Counted from the first letter of the stretch, positions 38,384 to 48,460 are shown. The stretch: DNA of 64,000 nucleotides from an uncultured Gammaproteobacteria bacterium (GCA_964394645.1 CAYMYC010000004.1:1258-65257); one strand, 5' to 3'. Program-made: numbers and translations. Notes: generated by a model from the letters alone, not told the origin.

Positions 38384-40937
38384 AATTTAATAAAAAACTC
38401 TGTATTGATTCCCCATCACGTTTTAACCATTCAGCGTTATTTTTTATCTGTTCAATAACTTGAGCAATAGTACGCTCTAATCCCCTTGATTCGTGTACTT
38501 TAAAAAATTTTTCAATCTCGTCAGCATTTTTCTTTGTAGTAAAATTAGCAAAGGGCTTTATAAATCTGCTATATAAGTGACCGCCTCCATACTTCTCAAC
38601 AATATTTCCCCATTCCTTTTGTACTTTTTTTAAAGCCAAATCGCGCCCATACGGATTCGCTGAAATGAATGCAACTACCTTGAATGAATCCTGCGCCTTA
38701 ACTTCTTCAGAAAAAGCAAATTGCAGAGTCTTTTCAAGTATATGTGCTTCCTTAAAAACACATAATGAACGGAGCAATCTATCTTTTTCTTCCTGAAAAG
38801 TTTCTTTTTTGTACATCTTCAAAATAATATCAAATTCCTTTTCCCCACCGTTCTCAGCAACTAATATATACACTAACCCCCTTACATCAGAGTGAATTTT
38901 TGAAACATCTTTTTTAAATAATTCCTTTGCTTTTTTAATAGAATCTTTATCTCCATTTCTTCCAAGAGTTCCTAACACAATGCTTCTTAAAAGCGTTGTC
39001 TCATGACTTTCTCCATCTTTCTTATTCCAGCCTATTTTCTGTCCGATTGGAGTAAACAGGGAGACTATGTAATTCTGAAAGTCATCATATGAATTAGTTC
39101 CAAATAATATATTCTTAACTCTTGATACCTCTGAAGCTATCTCTGACCATACAATATAACTCTCATCGTTTTTAAATGCTAGAGCTAGGCTCAAAGCTTC
39201 ATGAGTGGATGAGTATCCTGCTTCAGAAAGTACAAAAACATCACGTATAACTCCAAATCTATCTTGTTCTGATAATTTCTTATCTATCTTTTCAAGGGGG
39301 CGAATCAACTGAGCTAAAAGCATACTGGAGTATTTTACGCGCACAAATGATGTCTCATTTTTATTTACCTTGAGCCATTTCAATGGCTCAAGGCGATATA
39401 ACAGTCTTTTTTTATCTAATAATATATTCTCCTGCTTTTTTATGGCATCAGATACAATACTTAAAGGTACCATCCAGGATGTTGCGTCTTTTGTTTTCTG
39501 CGAATCAACGCTTGAAAAGAATCTATCTTGAGATAACAGTAAACCATTCCTTTCCTCCTCAACTGATATAAGTGGATACCCAGGTTTGCTTGTCCAATTC
39601 TTCATAATTTGTAAAACGCTCTTTCCAGATACTCTCTCAAAAGAATTCCAAAGATCTTCAGTTTTTGCGTTACTATATGAATGGATTTTAAGATAATAAT
39701 GCAACCCCTCCCTAAAGTGTTTTTCACCTAAATAATCTGCAAGCATTCGAATAACTGATGCTCCTTTAGAGTAAGACACTTCATCAAAAATTTCGGAAAT
39801 ATCTCTTGGGTGGTAAACATCAACCTCTATCGCATGGGTGTTTTTTAGGCTGTCTAGCTCTAGAGCACGGGCATGGTCCATATAAACAAATTGTGTCCAA
39901 ATATTCCAATCTGGAAACAAGCTATTTACTGCCACATACTCCATGTAAGAAGCAAACCCTTCATTAAGCCACAAGTGTGTCCACCATTCCATAGTTACCA
40001 GGTTTCCAAACCATTGATGAGCTAATTCATGGGCTATAACTAAAGCTACCCACTGTTTGTTATGCGTTGATGTATTTTCTGGATCAACTAAAAGTGCTGA
40101 TTCCCGATACGTTACTGCACCCCAATTCTCCATAGCACCAGCAGCAAAATCAGGAATCGCAATTAAATCCAATGTTTTAAGGGGATATTTTATACGAAAA
40201 TAATCTGTGTAGAATTCCAAACATCTTATAGCTGTAGTAAGCGCAAACTCGGCTTGTTTTTTCTTTCCTGGCGTAACAAAAACCCGAACGCACACTTTAT
40301 CATTTGTTTCCCCTTGAATATACTCAAAATGACCTACAATAAATGCTAGTAAGTAGGAGGACATCTTAGGACTTTCTGAGAAACGAATTATTTTGTATCC
40401 GCCTTTATGCTCTACTACCTCCTCTTCTAGGGTATTTGAGATTGCTGTTCTATCTTCAGGTATTTTAAGACTTAATTCAAAAACAGCTTTTTGGGATGGC
40501 TCATCAAAACAAGGAAAAGCACGTCTTGCATCCGTAGACTCAAATTGTGTAACGCCCATATGGTACGTCTTTCCTTCAAGTATATACTTGCTCCTATAAA
40601 AACCTCGCATCTTATCATTTAAAATTCCGGAAAAAATAATTTTTAAAGTTGCAGGTCCTTTTTTAAGAGAACGCTTAAATATGATGCAAATTTCTTCATC
40701 AGTTTTTTTATACTTTGTTCTTCCTGACTGCTCCATCCCATTTTGAAAAACCTGTGCAGATAATATTTCAATGTCTGCCGCGTGAAGCCGTATTTCTGTA
40801 GTCGCTTTATCTATCTGTAGGTCTATTTTCTCTTCGCCAGTAAAAATAAAGTTTTCCAAATCTGGCTCTAGGTGAATTGTATATTTCACTGGAGAAACAT
40901 AAAGAGGAAGCCGAACTTCTTTTTTATTTGCAGCCAT
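38370..40937 (-). CDS. pepN: aminopeptidase N (M1 family metallopeptidase)
   Basis: GAMENWG exopeptidase motif, HELAHQWFGNLVTMEWW...LWLNEGFASY zinc-binding HEXXH-18-E motif. 855 aa. Confidence 0.9.
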   Translation of the reverse strand: MAANKKEVRLPLYVSPVKYTIHLEPDLENFIFTGEEKIDLQIDKATTEIRLHAADIEILSAQVFQNGMEQSGRTKYKKTDEEICIIFKRSLKKGPATLKIIFSGILNDKMRGFYRSKYILEGKTYHMGVTQFESTDARRAFPCFDEPSQKAVFELSLKIPEDRTAISNTLEEEVVEHKGGYKIIRFSESPKMSSYLLAFIVGHFEYIQGETNDKVCVRVFVTPGKKKQAEFALTTAIRCLEFYTDYFRIKYPLKTLDLIAIPDFAAGAMENWGAVTYRESALLVDPENTSTHNKQWVALVIAHELAHQWFGNLVTMEWWTHLWLNEGFASYMEYVAVNSLFPDWNIWTQFVYMDHARALELDSLKNTHAIEVDVYHPRDISEIFDEVSYSKGASVIRMLADYLGEKHFREGLHYYLKIHSYSNAKTEDLWNSFERVSGKSVLQIMKNWTSKPGYPLISVEEERNGLLLSQDRFFSSVDSQKTKDATSWMVPLSIVSDAIKKQENILLDKKRLLYRLEPLKWLKVNKNETSFVRVKYSSMLLAQLIRPLEKIDKKLSEQDRFGVIRDVFVLSEAGYSSTHEALSLALAFKNDESYIVWSEIASEVSRVKNILFGTNSYDDFQNYIVSLFTPIGQKIGWNKKDGESHETTLLRSIVLGTLGRNGDKDSIKKAKELFKKDVSKIHSDVRGLVYILVAENGGEKEFDIILKMYKKETFQEEKDRLLRSLCVFKEAHILEKTLQFAFSEEVKAQDSFKVVAFISANPYGRDLALKKVQKEWGNIVEKYGGGHLYSRFIKPFANFTTKKNADEIEKFFKVHESRGLERTIAQVIEQIKNNAEWLKRDGESIQSFLLNYGKS

Positions 40938-40982
40938 GACTTACGAAAGTATATAATACAAAGACTTATTCGTCAAACGCAT

Positions 40983-41068
40983 GGGTGAGTGGCGGAATGG
41001 TATACGCGTTAGTCTCAAAAACTAATGGGGGCAACCCCATGAGGGTTCGAGTCCCTCCTCACCCACCA
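40983..41068 (+). tRNA. tRNA-Leu (anticodon CAA), class II with long variable arm, CCA encoded
   Basis: Manually folded: acceptor GGGTGAG/CTCACCC, anticodon stem TTAGT/ACTAA with loop CTCAAAA, variable arm GGGGGCAACCCC, T-arm GAGGG-TTCGAGT-CCCTC, discriminator A. 86 nt. Confidence 0.85.
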
Positions 41069-41078
41069 AATTAAATAC

Positions 41079-42068
41079 CTATAAGGATTTCCCATATTCT
41101 CCTAAGTATTTTCGAGAGCTGATTTTAGCGAACATTCTCATAACATTATTAGGCATTTCCTTTACTGACAAGCTTAGATCTTGTAGCTTCTGACTCTCTC
41201 CAATCCTTACAGTCCCAGGCTTATAATGTAAGCTATCCCCAAACAACAATTTTGTAAGCTTATCATCTAGCGCACCTAAGCGAGTACCTTCTCCAAGCAT
41301 TAACGTTTCAATGATGCTCCTCATTCCACCCGCACTAAAACTTCTTTTGTTTGGATCAAAATAATTTTCTGTACCTTCTATTACTACAGGTAGAATTATG
41401 GTTGGAATCTTATTTCTTATTTGATTTATTAGAACACTGTTAAAACCCCTATCCATTCGCTGCAATCCATTTAACTCTCCTGTTTTAATGTCTATTTTTC
41501 CTCCTCTTGTGCCTCCTTCAATATGAACTACTGAAAGCTTACTGGGATCTTTCATTGCCTCTTTTGTGTAGAGTCCATTATCTTGGGGTCTTTTCATGTG
41601 ACGCTCTGCTACATCATTATCTGAAACTACAAAATCAGGCGTAACTTTTCTTTTATTAAAAAAGGGCTCTACTCCATAGTCCCATAAAGTCTTCATAAAT
41701 AAACCTTGCTCTCCTGTTTTCATTGATCCTGCAACCGTATATACTGTCTCTCCAAACTCACCCTCAAATTCTGACCTAACCTTATCAACTAGAGCAAGAG
41801 TTACCGCTCCGTCAGCATGACTTCTGTGAGTTACGATGGTAAGAACTTTTTCCCCCTCAAGCCTTCTCTCATGCATTTTCCCTATATTACCTAATCCTTC
41901 CCATTCAAATAATCTTTCAGGAACATGCGTGTATATCCGGTCAACCATCGCATGGATCGTTTTTCTCCCAATATTGGAATATAAAAATGCATCAAAGGCT
42001 TTTTGGGAAAGTCTTTCTATGTTTGCTTGAGAATTTTTACTGCCTGAGATTATTTCTGTTGACGCCAT
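41079..42068 (-). CDS. glycerol-3-phosphate/lysophospholipid acyltransferase-family protein (HX4D + EGTR motifs; soluble GPAT/PlsB-like)
   Basis: VTHRSHADG (H-x4-D, identical in spacing to PlsB HRSHMD) and IEGGTRGGK / LGEGTRLG (motif III). No TM segments. 329 aa. Confidence 0.5.
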   Translation of the reverse strand: MASTEIISGSKNSQANIERLSQKAFDAFLYSNIGRKTIHAMVDRIYTHVPERLFEWEGLGNIGKMHERRLEGEKVLTIVTHRSHADGAVTLALVDKVRSEFEGEFGETVYTVAGSMKTGEQGLFMKTLWDYGVEPFFNKRKVTPDFVVSDNDVAERHMKRPQDNGLYTKEAMKDPSKLSVVHIEGGTRGGKIDIKTGELNGLQRMDRGFNSVLINQIRNKIPTIILPVVIEGTENYFDPNKRSFSAGGMRSIIETLMLGEGTRLGALDDKLTKLLFGDSLHYKPGTVRIGESQKLQDLSLSVKEMPNNVMRMFAKISSRKYLGEYGKSL

Positions 42069-42087
42069 TTTATGAATCAGTAATTCT

Positions 42088-43089
42088 CTATCGTAAGTCT
42101 ATAACGTCCATTATATCTGGACCTGTGGAAATAATATGAAATTTGGTAAAAAGTGGATTTTTCTTTTTTAGTTTAGCCTCGGTTTCACGAATAAAATTTT
42201 TTGCCTGGTAGGATAACTTTTTAAACTCAGTAACGTTTTCATTTCCAGGGAATAATCTATCTATACATGTTAAAACCGCATAGTCACCTGTATTCCGCGT
42301 AATAGCTTCTGCTGCCATTTCTATATTAAAATCTGACAATTTTCTAACCCGTCCTGAGACAGACCCCCTCTCTACTATTCCCATTTTATCTGATTTTTTC
42401 TGATTCCAGGATCTATATCTTGGATCTTCACCTACTCTTGAAACATATGCTTTAAATATAACCACTACATGATCAACTAACCTTGGTCCAATTCCTGTGT
42501 CAGCTGCAAACTGAGATGCTGTAGTATCCTGAGACGTAACATAAGGATAATACCTATAATCTAATAGTGACAACCCATATCCCTGAACTCCCTCTATTAA
42601 AATGCGCTTTTTCTTTCCTGCTGCAGCATTTACTTCATCTGCCACATCAGTCAAAAATTCTTTGAGTCTTGGCTCATCTTTAGCAAGTTTTGCACTCCTC
42701 AGTACTCGCTCTACACGCGCTGGACCCACCCCAGTACCTACAGATCCAATTCTTTTTACCAAATCTTTCTCCTCCTGTATATGTCTTTTTTCAATAATAG
42801 TACAACCCTTGTCAATAAATATCCTACCTGCAAGATTATATTCCTTAACCTCTTTTAAAAAGACCTCTGGTGAGACAAGCGTACCACGAGCAATTAAAAG
42901 TCTTGCCTTTGGATTTATCAACCCTGAAGGAACTTGAGTAACTTTTACATTTGGCGTAACAGTATGTCCTGCTTGAGGTCCTGAACCCGCACGTACTACT
43001 ATGTCTGCCTTATCATGCATAGAAAGGTAACCCACTATTTTACCTTTTCCCTCATCTCCATAAAAACCACCTGTAACAATTGTTATCAT
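42088..43089 (-). CDS. purA: adenylosuccinate synthetase, short (archaeal-length) form
   Basis: N-terminal GDEGKGKIV P-loop, GSGPQAGHTV (GG.NAGHT motif), GTGVGP. 333 aa versus about 430 aa in typical bacterial PurA. Confidence 0.7.
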   Translation of the reverse strand: MITIVTGGFYGDEGKGKIVGYLSMHDKADIVVRAGSGPQAGHTVTPNVKVTQVPSGLINPKARLLIARGTLVSPEVFLKEVKEYNLAGRIFIDKGCTIIEKRHIQEEKDLVKRIGSVGTGVGPARVERVLRSAKLAKDEPRLKEFLTDVADEVNAAAGKKKRILIEGVQGYGLSLLDYRYYPYVTSQDTTASQFAADTGIGPRLVDHVVVIFKAYVSRVGEDPRYRSWNQKKSDKMGIVERGSVSGRVRKLSDFNIEMAAEAITRNTGDYAVLTCIDRLFPGNENVTEFKKLSYQAKNFIRETEAKLKKKNPLFTKFHIISTGPDIMDVIDLR

Positions 43090-43147
43090 TTCCTAAAAAC
43101 GAACAGTAAAAAGAGTAACAGATGGAAAAAAACTTTGCAAGAGGAAA

Positions 43148-43747
43148 TTACTGAGATATGGTTGTAGTTGGTATAGTTGTTGGGGATGGATTAATTAATT
43201 CCCCCTGATAAATAAATTTACGCTCAACCTGATCCTGATCTTGTGAAACAGTGCTTTGAACTCTTAACTCAAAAGTAACATTTCCGTTTGGCAAATTATA
43301 AATTGATGGGGAATTAGATGAATACTCAGACCATGATCCACCATTAATTCTGTACGACCAAACTACTGAACAATATATCAGACCGTCATATTTTATAATA
43401 AAATTCACAGGATTATTTGTAATTGTTGCTCCTTCTTTAGGATAGGAAATAGAAAGTGGTCCAATTTCTTTTTTACAGGCAGAATTTGTAGGAATAACCG
43501 TTACTGGATTGTTCGTTTCATTATTGCTAGTATTTCCTACTTCTTCACGGATTATAACTGTTTGCGGAGTTGGCAGCTGTTGCTTTTCTTGCACCTCTTT
43601 CTTGGAAGAGTTCAATGAATTAACATTCAGTAGAATAACTGTTAAAAGAACAGGGATAGAAAGCGCTGCGGTTATAAATTCAAGATAATGTTTCCGCTCA
43701 GGTGCCTTCTGAAGTGAACGTAATATTTTCGTAAATTTTCTACTCAT
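43148..43747 (-). CDS. membrane-anchored secreted hypothetical protein
   Basis: N-terminal TM (ITAALSIPVLLTVILL), then a Ser/Thr/Asn/Pro-rich extracellular region. Confidence 0.45.
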   Translation of the reverse strand: MSRKFTKILRSLQKAPERKHYLEFITAALSIPVLLTVILLNVNSLNSSKKEVQEKQQLPTPQTVIIREEVGNTSNNETNNPVTVIPTNSACKKEIGPLSISYPKEGATITNNPVNFIIKYDGLIYCSVVWSYRINGGSWSEYSSNSPSIYNLPNGNVTFELRVQSTVSQDQDQVERKFIYQGELINPSPTTIPTTTISQ

Positions 43748-43835
43748 GCCTCTTATTGTAACAAATTGAAGTAAAAAATAAAAAGAAAAACTTATATAGT
43801 ATAATTGTTACAATTTTTAATCTCTTAAAATTATT

Positions 43836-43906
43836 GGGCCGTTTGCATAGTGGTAATGCACCGCATTCGCATTGCGGAAACGGGGGTTCGATTCCCCCAC
43901 GGTCCA
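43836..43906 (+). tRNA. tRNA-Ala (anticodon CGC), no encoded CCA
   Basis: Manually folded: acceptor GGGCCGT/ACGGTCC with the G3:U70 alanine identity pair, anticodon stem CCGCA/TGCGG with loop TTCGCAT, T-arm GGGGG-TTCGATT-CCCCC. 71 nt. Confidence 0.8.
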
Positions 43907-43910
43907 CTCT

Positions 43911-45248
43911 TTAATTTTGAAGTGAAGGGGTATCTTCGCGATTACCCTCTATATTATAGAATCTTATTCTGTCTCCTCTAAACAATAAGTCCTTCTCCCC
44001 AACTGGACCGTTTCTGTGTTTGGCAATATTTATGGAAACAATTCTTTGTGAAGAGAATTCTTCATCTTTTGTATACAGAAACATGACTACGTCAGCATCT
44101 TGCTCAATAGCTCCTGATTCACGAAGATCGGCAAGCTGTGGCTTTCGCTCTCCTCTGTGCTCTACTGCGCGGGACAATTGAGAAACTGCAATAACTGGAA
44201 CCTTAAGCTCACGTGCCAAGTTTTTTAAATTTTGTGAAACATATGATACTTCCTGTACACGATTTTCAAACCTCCTACCAGGATTCACTAATTGTAAATA
44301 GTCTACAATGAGCAGTTTTAACCCCGATTCAGCCTGTAATCGTCTTGCTTTCGTCCGTATTTCAGCAATTGAAATTCCCGGTGTGTCATCAATAAAAATT
44401 GGAGCCTCTGCTAGCTCACCCATAGCTGTTGAAAGTTTTTCAAAATCATCTTCAGAGAGTCTTCCAGTTTTTAGCCTCCAGGCATCTATGTCTGACTGCG
44501 ACACAAGAAGCCTATCAACAAGCTCCTCTTTACTCATTTCCAAAGAAAAGACTCCCACAGGAAGCTTTGAATGGATAGTAATGTGTTGCGCAATATTTAC
44601 AACAAATGCAGTTTTTCCTTGTCCTGGGCGGGCAGCAAGAACAATTAAGTTAGACGGCTGAAGACCTGAAAGTAAAAAATCTAAATCTACAAATCCTGTT
44701 TCTACTCCACGAAAACGCCCACCATCTTTTTGAAGTTGATCAAGCCTATCAAAGCTCTCGGCTAGAGAATGTTTTATATGTATAAATCCCTGTTTTATAC
44801 GTTCTTGACTGATTTTAAAAACATCCTGTTCAACCCTGTCAAGCACCTCTGGGGTTTCTCCTTCTTCAGAAAATGCCTGCTCAGTCATATGTCCAGCAAG
44901 TGTAATAAGTCTTCTACGCACATATTTCTCTCTCAATATTCCTGTGTAGTGCTCTATATTTGATGCTGTCGGAACTGCATTTACAAGCATCGTAAGATAA
45001 GATGCTCCTCCAACTTTTTCATACATTTTACGTGCCTTTAATTGACTAGTCAGAGTAACTAAATCTATAGGTTTTCTGGCTTCATATAGCTCAACCATAG
45101 CCTGAAATATTTCCGAATGATTATCGTCATAGAAATAATCAGGTTTAATAAGCTCTGAACCTAGTGTGGCCGCCTCTTTGTCAATGAGAATACAGCCTAA
45201 TACGGCTTGCTCGGCATCTGTGTCATGAGGCGGAATTCTTTGTGGCAT
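43911..45248 (-). CDS. dnaB: replicative DNA helicase DnaB
   Basis: N-terminal DTDAEQAVLGCILID, Walker A ARPGQGKTAFVVNIA, RecA-like C-domain. 445 aa, no intein. Confidence 0.95.
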   Translation of the reverse strand: MPQRIPPHDTDAEQAVLGCILIDKEAATLGSELIKPDYFYDDNHSEIFQAMVELYEARKPIDLVTLTSQLKARKMYEKVGGASYLTMLVNAVPTASNIEHYTGILREKYVRRRLITLAGHMTEQAFSEEGETPEVLDRVEQDVFKISQERIKQGFIHIKHSLAESFDRLDQLQKDGGRFRGVETGFVDLDFLLSGLQPSNLIVLAARPGQGKTAFVVNIAQHITIHSKLPVGVFSLEMSKEELVDRLLVSQSDIDAWRLKTGRLSEDDFEKLSTAMGELAEAPIFIDDTPGISIAEIRTKARRLQAESGLKLLIVDYLQLVNPGRRFENRVQEVSYVSQNLKNLARELKVPVIAVSQLSRAVEHRGERKPQLADLRESGAIEQDADVVMFLYTKDEEFSSQRIVSINIAKHRNGPVGEKDLLFRGDRIRFYNIEGNREDTPSLQN

Positions 45249-45256
45249 GATAAGGA

Positions 45257-45754
45257 CTAGCTAAGAATAAATGTTTTTCCTGATATTTCTGCTGTTTTTT
45301 TAATATTTATTTTTGTGGTAGTCTCTTGATTGCCTGATGTGATAGTTGCTAGGGCTACATCTCCATAAATTACAATACATTTTGAATTGATAGGACCTAG
45401 AACATCGTCTTTAAATTCACCGATAATTTTTACAATTACACAATCAAACTCCTCATCATCAGGAATTGAGGCAACACTAATAGATGTTGCAATAGCTATC
45501 CTACTCTGTTCGTATACATAGTAAAGTATACCATCCTTCACCTCTTTACTTGTTATGCCTATTCCGCCGACTTCATACTCTCCTGGACCTGACACAATAA
45601 GTCTTGTACCAGACACTTTATCAATGCTAAAATTGTCTTCAGGTTGTGTTACAAGAATTATCTCTGCATCAACCTTCACCGTTGGATCAATAACAATTGA
45701 TGCATTTTTCCCTTTTATTTTTATTGTAGATTCTGAAAGTTTTGAAATTTCCAT
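45257..45754 (-). CDS. degenerate metallo-beta-lactamase-fold (UPF0173-like) protein lacking the HxHxDH motif
   Basis: ESTIKIKGKNASIVIDP...VKVDAEIILVTQPEDNF aligns to SAFLIEGKNILIDP...DYILVTHGHGDH of MBL-fold hydrolases, but the metal-binding His residues are replaced (QPEDNF). 165 aa. Confidence 0.35.
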   Translation of the reverse strand: MEISKLSESTIKIKGKNASIVIDPTVKVDAEIILVTQPEDNFSIDKVSGTRLIVSGPGEYEVGGIGITSKEVKDGILYYVYEQSRIAIATSISVASIPDDEEFDCVIVKIIGEFKDDVLGPINSKCIVIYGDVALATITSGNQETTTKINIKKTAEISGKTFILS

Positions 45755-45853
45755 TGGTTTTTCATACTATCACAAAACTCACTTCCTTGACAAGTAATAC
45801 AATTTGTCCTATCATAAAACCTCTGCTAAACAAATTCTCTCCTGCCATAAAAC

Positions 45854-46276
45854 ATGAAAGAACGGATTGTTATTATTTTTATTGCTGTAACTCTAGGGCT
45901 TCTAGTAACAACAATTGGATTTTTCCTTTATGAAACATCGAAGCCAAATAAAGATATAAAACCTGATATTACAAAAAAGGAAAAAATTGAACCTCAACCG
46001 AATGAAAAAACAAAATTAACAATCCTTTCCCCTAAGGATGAGGCTGTTTCAGCAAATAGAACAATCCAGGTCAAAGGCATAACTGATTCTCAAAACACGG
46101 TAATTATTTCATCTAATACTGAAGACGTCGTCGTTAGCCCAACAAGTGAGGGAACTTTTACTGCTACGATTACCATAGATGCAGGTGAGAATAAGCTTAT
46201 AGTAAGAGCAATTGATGCATCGGGTGAAACTGAAGAAGTTATCCAAACAATCTCTTTCTCATCAGACACACTTTAG
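45854..46276 (+). CDS. membrane-anchored extracellular protein with Ig-like beta-rich domain (hypothetical)
   Basis: N-terminal TM, then a Thr/Ser/Val-rich beta-strand pattern (TILSPKDEAVSANRTIQVKGITDSQNTVIISSN). Confidence 0.4.
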   Translation: MKERIVIIFIAVTLGLLVTTIGFFLYETSKPNKDIKPDITKKEKIEPQPNEKTKLTILSPKDEAVSANRTIQVKGITDSQNTVIISSNTEDVVVSPTSEGTFTATITIDAGENKLIVRAIDASGETEEVIQTISFSSDTL

Positions 46277-46280
46277 CAAT

Positions 46281-47054
46281 ATGAAAAAATTATTTATAGT
46301 ATTTGTAATATTATTTGGAATTCTATCTTTTCTTCCTACTACCTCCTATTCCCAGGGAGCAACATCATCAGCATCAACTGCTCCACTGGATGAATCTGAA
46401 ATGAAAAATGTAAAAAAAATTATTGATCTTGTGGCAAGTAGCTCAGCAGAGCAAAAAACAACTGCTAAGGCAGGAGTTATCGGCACTGTTCAAGAAGCAA
46501 ATAGCACTTCTATTAATATTAAAACCATTAACGGCACAAGCAGAATCATAGATATTGATGAGATAACAAAGTTCTCAGACCCAGACACAAAAACTTTTGG
46601 CATATCGGATATTACGGCAGGGGAAACTATAGGTATTATTGGAATACTAAATAAAGTTTCAAACCATATCTTGGCGCGCTCCGTTGATAGGTTGGATACA
46701 TTGCCCATATACTTTGATGGTGTTATTACTTCGATAAATAAGACTAACTTTCAAATAACAGCAGTGAATAAAAATGGAAATGAAAAAATTCTAGACGTTC
46801 AAACAACTACAAAAATATTTTCTTATACGAAATCTGAGGGAATGATAAAAGCAGGATTTAGTAAGGCTATTTTGGGTGAGCGGGTTTTCGCAGCTGGTTT
46901 TCCTGACATAAAAATTAAGGATCAAATTGCGTCAACCAGAATCGTTCTCCTTAAAGATACACCATTATCTGCGCAAATGAAAAAATATCAAGGAAGAAAA
47001 ATAGAACCTGAAGAAACTCAAAAGCCAAGCCCAAATGTAAAAAACGCCCAATAA
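46281..47054 (+). CDS. secreted hypothetical protein (signal peptide)
   Basis: Start set at MKKLFIVFVILFGILSFLPTTSYSQ, a Sec signal peptide, directly after the upstream stop at 46274-46276. Confidence 0.45.
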   Translation: MKKLFIVFVILFGILSFLPTTSYSQGATSSASTAPLDESEMKNVKKIIDLVASSSAEQKTTAKAGVIGTVQEANSTSINIKTINGTSRIIDIDEITKFSDPDTKTFGISDITAGETIGIIGILNKVSNHILARSVDRLDTLPIYFDGVITSINKTNFQITAVNKNGNEKILDVQTTTKIFSYTKSEGMIKAGFSKAILGERVFAAGFPDIKIKDQIASTRIVLLKDTPLSAQMKKYQGRKIEPEETQKPSPNVKNAQ

Positions 47055-47059
47055 TTAGG

Positions 47060-48460
47060 CTATATTTTTTTTATAATAATTGTTTTTTTCTTTTTCCCCT
47101 CTATCAACTCGTCCTTTACAACATACCCCATTTTCTCAATTCTATTTCTTAAATGGTCTGCCTGAGTGTACTGCCTATTGTGACGTAAAAAGTCTCTGTC
47201 TTCAGCCAGCTTTAAGACACGTGGAGGGATTTTATTCATGAGCTTTGCGTTTTCAAAAATATCCAGTCCTAAGACTTTATCCATCTCCCGAATTGTAGCT
47301 GCCTTGTGTGGCAAGGCAACCTTAGGAGTTCTTAGTAAATCCCAAAGGATAGAAAGTGCCTTTGGCATATTCAAGTCATGATTAAGCGCTTCAAAAAAAT
47401 CACGCTCATACTCGATATCTGCGTCTTTATGAATTTCAGTAAAAATTGAAGCCGCCTCATAGATTTTAGTAAGTGCACTAGTCGCGGATACCAACGCTTC
47501 CCATGTAAAATTCATTTCTGCCCTATAATGAGTTTGAAATGTTAAATATCGAAAAGCCAAAGGACTAAAACCTTTATCTTTTAGGTCTTTAAGCGTATAT
47601 ATATTCCCAAGAGACTTACTCATTTTCTCACCATCAACTCTTAAAAATTCATGGTGAATGAAAAACCGGACAAATTCCTGTCCAGTTGCGCACTCCGACT
47701 GAGCAATCTCATTTGTGTGATGAACGCTTATATGATCTACCCCACCTGTATGTATGTCTATTGTAGGACCAAGATACCGCATTGCCATTGCACTACATTC
47801 TATATGCCATCCAGGAAATCCCTCACCCCAAGGAGAGCTCCATCGTAGAACATGGTTTGCGAATTTTCCGGTAGTAAAAAACCACAGAGCAAAGTCTGCA
47901 GGATTCTTTTTCTGCGAATCGACTACTACCTCTTGTCTTACCCCAGCAATCTTATCATCAAGATCCTGTTTTGAAAGCTTTGTGTAGTCAGGGAATTTGG
48001 AAACATTAAAATATATTGCCTGTGGAGTTTTATAGGTAAATCCTTTAACCACAAGCTCCTCAATGAGGGCAATTTGATCTGCAATATGCTCTGTTGCGCG
48101 AGCAATCACAGTAGGCTTTAATACATTTACCAGAGAAATTGACTTCAGAAAATCATCTTCAAATAATCGCGCCACCTCCAAGACGGTCTTTCCAAACTTT
48201 TTTGCTCCTTTTTCCATTTTATCCTCACCTGAGTCTGCATCTGATGTAAGATGACCAACATCTGTCACGTTCATGACATGCTTAACCTCCCACTCACGCT
48301 CCAAAGTTCTTCTTAAAATATCATCCCCTATATATTTACGAAGATGTCCTATGTGTGCATAATCGTATACGGTTGGACCACATGCATACATTTTTACTAT
48401 CTTTCCATCTAATGGCTCAAACTCTGAAATGGTGTGCGTAAGGGTGTTATAAAGTCTCAT
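47060..48460 (-). CDS. cysS: cysteinyl-tRNA synthetase
   Basis: Class I HIGH (AHIGHLRKYI), KMSKS (KMSKSLGN), zinc-binding Cys (YACGPTVY..., ECSAMA). Confidence 0.95.
   Translation of the reverse strand: MRLYNTLTHTISEFEPLDGKIVKMYACGPTVYDYAHIGHLRKYIGDDILRRTLEREWEVKHVMNVTDVGHLTSDADSGEDKMEKGAKKFGKTVLEVARLFEDDFLKSISLVNVLKPTVIARATEHIADQIALIEELVVKGFTYKTPQAIYFNVSKFPDYTKLSKQDLDDKIAGVRQEVVVDSQKKNPADFALWFFTTGKFANHVLRWSSPWGEGFPGWHIECSAMAMRYLGPTIDIHTGGVDHISVHHTNEIAQSECATGQEFVRFFIHHEFLRVDGEKMSKSLGNIYTLKDLKDKGFSPLAFRYLTFQTHYRAEMNFTWEALVSATSALTKIYEAASIFTEIHKDADIEYERDFFEALNHDLNMPKALSILWDLLRTPKVALPHKAATIREMDKVLGLDIFENAKLMNKIPPRVLKLAEDRDFLRHNRQYTQADHLRNRIEKMGYVVKDELIEGKKKKTIIIKKI

Noticed and set aside
40983-43906. 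Possible integrated genomic island between the two tRNA genes.
   Set aside because: No integrase. There is no direct repeat of either tRNA 3' end, and no obvious compositional break visible by eye. Reported only as phylogenetically atypical genes, not as a mobile element.
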